The notes under the pieces: generated by a model
What the model was told of the DNA's origin: nothing
The model's database searches: none
What the model saw: only the letters and a program-made list of their open reading frames with translations
In this document: positions 61,100-64,000 of the stretch, one piece after another
Numbering within the stretch: the first letter of the stretch is position 1
Layout of the letters: the number at the start of each line of letters is the position of its first letter
Made by a program: the position numbers and the translations under genes
Assembly (NCBI GenBank): GCA_964016885.1
Contig: OZ024740.1
Span: 930,001 to 994,000, forward strand
DNA length: 64,000 nucleotides
Origin: Eledone cirrhosa
Lineage: Eukaryota
Direction: 5' to 3'

Positions 61100-63915
61100 T
61101 TTATTCAGTAATTTCCATTCTCTTAGCCATTGAGTAATAGACATATAATCTACTAATACCCCTCATATTCTTGAGTTTTATTCCTGTAGAAGCCATATCT
61201 ATATTAAATATTCGATATACATTACTATTTCCATCGAATAAATGAGTTCTCTGCAATTTCCGTATTAAATATGGCATATATACTATTAATACCCCTCCTA
61301 TTAATGAGTTTTAGTCTTGTAGAAGTCAATTCTGTATTAAATATTGCATATATAATAATAATAATAATGAAATTATTGTGTACAGTGCTCAGGTGCACTA
61401 CAACTCATCAAAGGTGCATGTATAGTACATAGAATAATGTACAAATGTCAGGAAAATAAACAGTGTATGAGTCATGATATAATAACAATAACAATAATGA
61501 AATATTGTGCACAGTGCCCAGGTGCACCACAACCCATCAAAAAAGTGCATGTACAGTACATAGGGCAATGCACAAACATCAGTAAAATGAACAGTGCACG
61601 AGTCATGATACACACATGTGTGCATGTGTATGGAAGGGGCACATCAGGTGTAGTTTTGGCGTATTTCGGGAAGCATGAGCGTCTTAAAGGATGCAGTGTC
61701 TCGGCAGCTAACAATTGACGCAGGCAGTTTGTTCCATGCTTCAGCAACTCTGAGCGTGAAAAAATGTCTGCGAAAGTCATGGGAGCTGTGCTGTTTTCTT
61801 ATCTTGTAGGCATGTCCACGTGTGTTAGACACATGGAGATCAAAGAGGTGCTCAGGGTTGCAGTTGGTGAGATGGTTAAAAACTTTGTGGGTATTCACCA
61901 AGTCCATTGCCAGACGTCGGAGCTTCAATGAATCCATGCCCAGGGAAGCAAGGCGTTCAGAGTATGGTAGGTGTCTGATGGAGGGTATGCGCTTGGTTGC
62001 ACGTCTCTGAACAGTTTCCAGGAGGTCAATGTTCCGAGCAAGATAGGGGTTCCAGACTGATGATGCGAATTCCAAGTGTGGTCGCACCATAGCTGTATAC
62101 AGTTTTAAATAGATGGCTGGAGAGCGGCTAACAAAGGTCTTGCTGAGCGATGCCAAGACACCCTCGGCCTTCTTGACAATCTTAGAGACATGCTTTGTCC
62201 AACGCAAATCGTTGCTGACAGTAATGCCCAGGTCACGTTCACAAGAGGACTTTTTGATGTCAGTGTTGTGGAGGGAGTATGTGGACGCTGGATTTTTCCT
62301 TCCAAAATGCATGGTGGTACACTTGTCCACAGCCAGCTTCAGTTGCCAGTCTGCGATCCATTGCTGCATTGTGTCCAGGTCTGATTGTAGGAAAGAGTTG
62401 TAAATTTCAGGATCAGTCCTTTTGATTTCAAGGTACAGCTTGATGTCATCTGCATATTTTAGTACCGTGGCATTCTGTAAGTTGGCATCTATGTCATTAA
62501 TATATGCCACAAACAAAAGAGGACCAAGAACAGATCCCTGTGGTACACCAGATGACATCTCATATGGTGAAGAATGCTGTCCTAGAACCATGACTACTTC
62601 CTTTCGGCTGAGAATGAAGGATTTCAGCCAGTCGAAAAGATCATCCCTCACACCCATTGCAGAGAGTTTTGCCATAAGTCTTTTGTGTGGCACAGAATTA
62701 AAAGCCTTAGCAAAGTCAAGGTAAACAACATCCACCCATGAGCCGCTGTCAGTGATCCGGGTGATGTCCTCAAGGAACTCGATAAGCTGATCACAGCAGC
62801 TGGAGTTAGGGATAAATCCAAACTGTGAGGGCCGGATGAGGCTGTGAGAGCTCCAGAAGTTCCAAAGTGTTTCTCTGACACAGGATTCCATCAGTTTGGC
62901 CATACAGCTAGTAAGACTGACTGGACGATAGTTGACAGGTGACATGCGGTTGCCCTTTTTGAACAGGGGAATGACACTGGCAGTTTTCCACTGCTCCGGA
63001 GTAGCACCATATACTATTATTTGATTTGATTTAAAGAGTTCTAGTCCTTTAGAAGCCATATCCGTAATAAATATGGCATAGAATCTACTAATACCACTCA
63101 TATTAAAGTATTTTAGTCCTGTAGAAGCCATATCTGTATTCAATATTGGATACACACTACTATTTCATTCGAATTAATCAGTTCTCTGCATTTAGATTCC
63201 ATTTCCGTATTAAATATGGCATATAATCTACTAATACCCCTCATATTAATGAGTTTTAGTCCTGTAGAAACCATTTCTATATTAAATGTTGGTTATATAC
63301 TACTATTTGATTCGATTTAAAGAGTTCTAGTCCTTTAGATTCCATTTCCGTATTAAATATGGCATATAATCTACTAATACCCTCATATTAATGAGTTTTA
63401 GTCCTGTAGAAACCATTTCTATATTAAATGTTGGTTATATACTACTATTTGATTCGATTTAAAGAGTTCTAGTCCTTTAGATTCCATTTCCGTATTAAAT
63501 ATGGCATATAATCTACTAATACCCTCATATTAATGAGTTTTAGTCCTGTAGAAACCATTTCTATATTAAATGTTGGTTATATACTACTATTTGATTCGAT
63601 TTAAAGAGTTCTAGTCCTTTAGAAGCCATTTCTGTATTAAATATGGCATATACTCTACTAATACCCCTCATATTAATGAGTTTTAGTCTTGTAGAACCAA
63701 TTTCTGTATTAAATATTGCATATATACTACTATCTCATTTGAATTAAAGAGTTCTAGTCCTTTAGAAGCCATTTCTGTATTAAATATGGCATATAATTTA
63801 CTAATACCCCTCATATTAATGAGTTCTAGTCTTGTAGAAGCCTTTTCTCTAGTAAATATTGCATATATACTACTATTTGATTCGAATTAAAGAGTTCTAG
63901 TCCTTTAGAAGCCAA
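61100..63915. repeat. ~142-bp satellite made of two diverged ~70-bp subunits, interrupted by a CR1-type LINE (61355-63008)
   Basis: CTACTAATACCC recurs at 63371 and 63512 (period 141). The same units occur at 61151 and about 61281 on the other side of the LINE. Confidence 0.88.
61355..63008 (-). mobile_element. CR1-type LINE, 5'-truncated, open RT-to-stop frame, doubled 3' end, (TTA)n tail
   Basis: PEQWKTASVIPLFKKG..NYRPVSLTS..QFGF..YLDFAKAF..GVPQGSVLGPLLF..YADD..VRPHLEFAS..TRGH. About 450 codons without a stop. Confidence 0.93.
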
Positions 63916-64000
63916 TAACCTTCATATTAATGTGATGTAAAGAGAGGGTGAGAAATAAGCGGTAGATAGAGTAATAGACGTAAAGAGAGGGAGAGAAACA

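Noticed and set aside
63009-63155. N-terminal 49 aa of the 503-aa ORF 61644-63155
   Set aside because: This part is read-through from the flanking satellite. LINE homology begins at about 63008.

Overview
Eukaryotic, repeat-saturated genomic DNA. The SINE, RTE and (TA)n content resembles a coleoid cephalopod such as Octopus, which is an inference from repeat style. One host gene is clear: the first five coding exons of UFL1 (E3 UFM1-protein ligase 1) on the minus strand at 43440-43367, 41829-41684, 40431-40305, 33790-33676 and 17598-17468. They have canonical GT-AG sites and matching phases, and the gene continues beyond base 1. Its introns hold a >16.9-kb 35-bp satellite with higher-order structure that abuts a Helitron remnant, a decayed Ty3/Gypsy element whose gag produced a 47-bp minisatellite, many RTE LINE/SINE pieces in an AT-rich tandem landing pad, a 42-bp minisatellite, Helitron, Tc1/mariner and piggyBac-like MITEs, and palindromes carrying minimal hammerhead-ribozyme motifs. 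Upstream of UFL1 lie RTE, CRE-like and R4/Dong-like LINE fragments, a tRNA-Trp-primed Gypsy element with an internal inverted duplication, a non-coding LTR element that shares its primer site and an LTR hairpin, a probable disrupted secreted-glycoprotein gene, and a CR1-type LINE inside a ~142-bp satellite. Most long ORFs in the track are artefacts of stop-free tandem repeats. No database searches were run; family assignments rest on recalled motifs.
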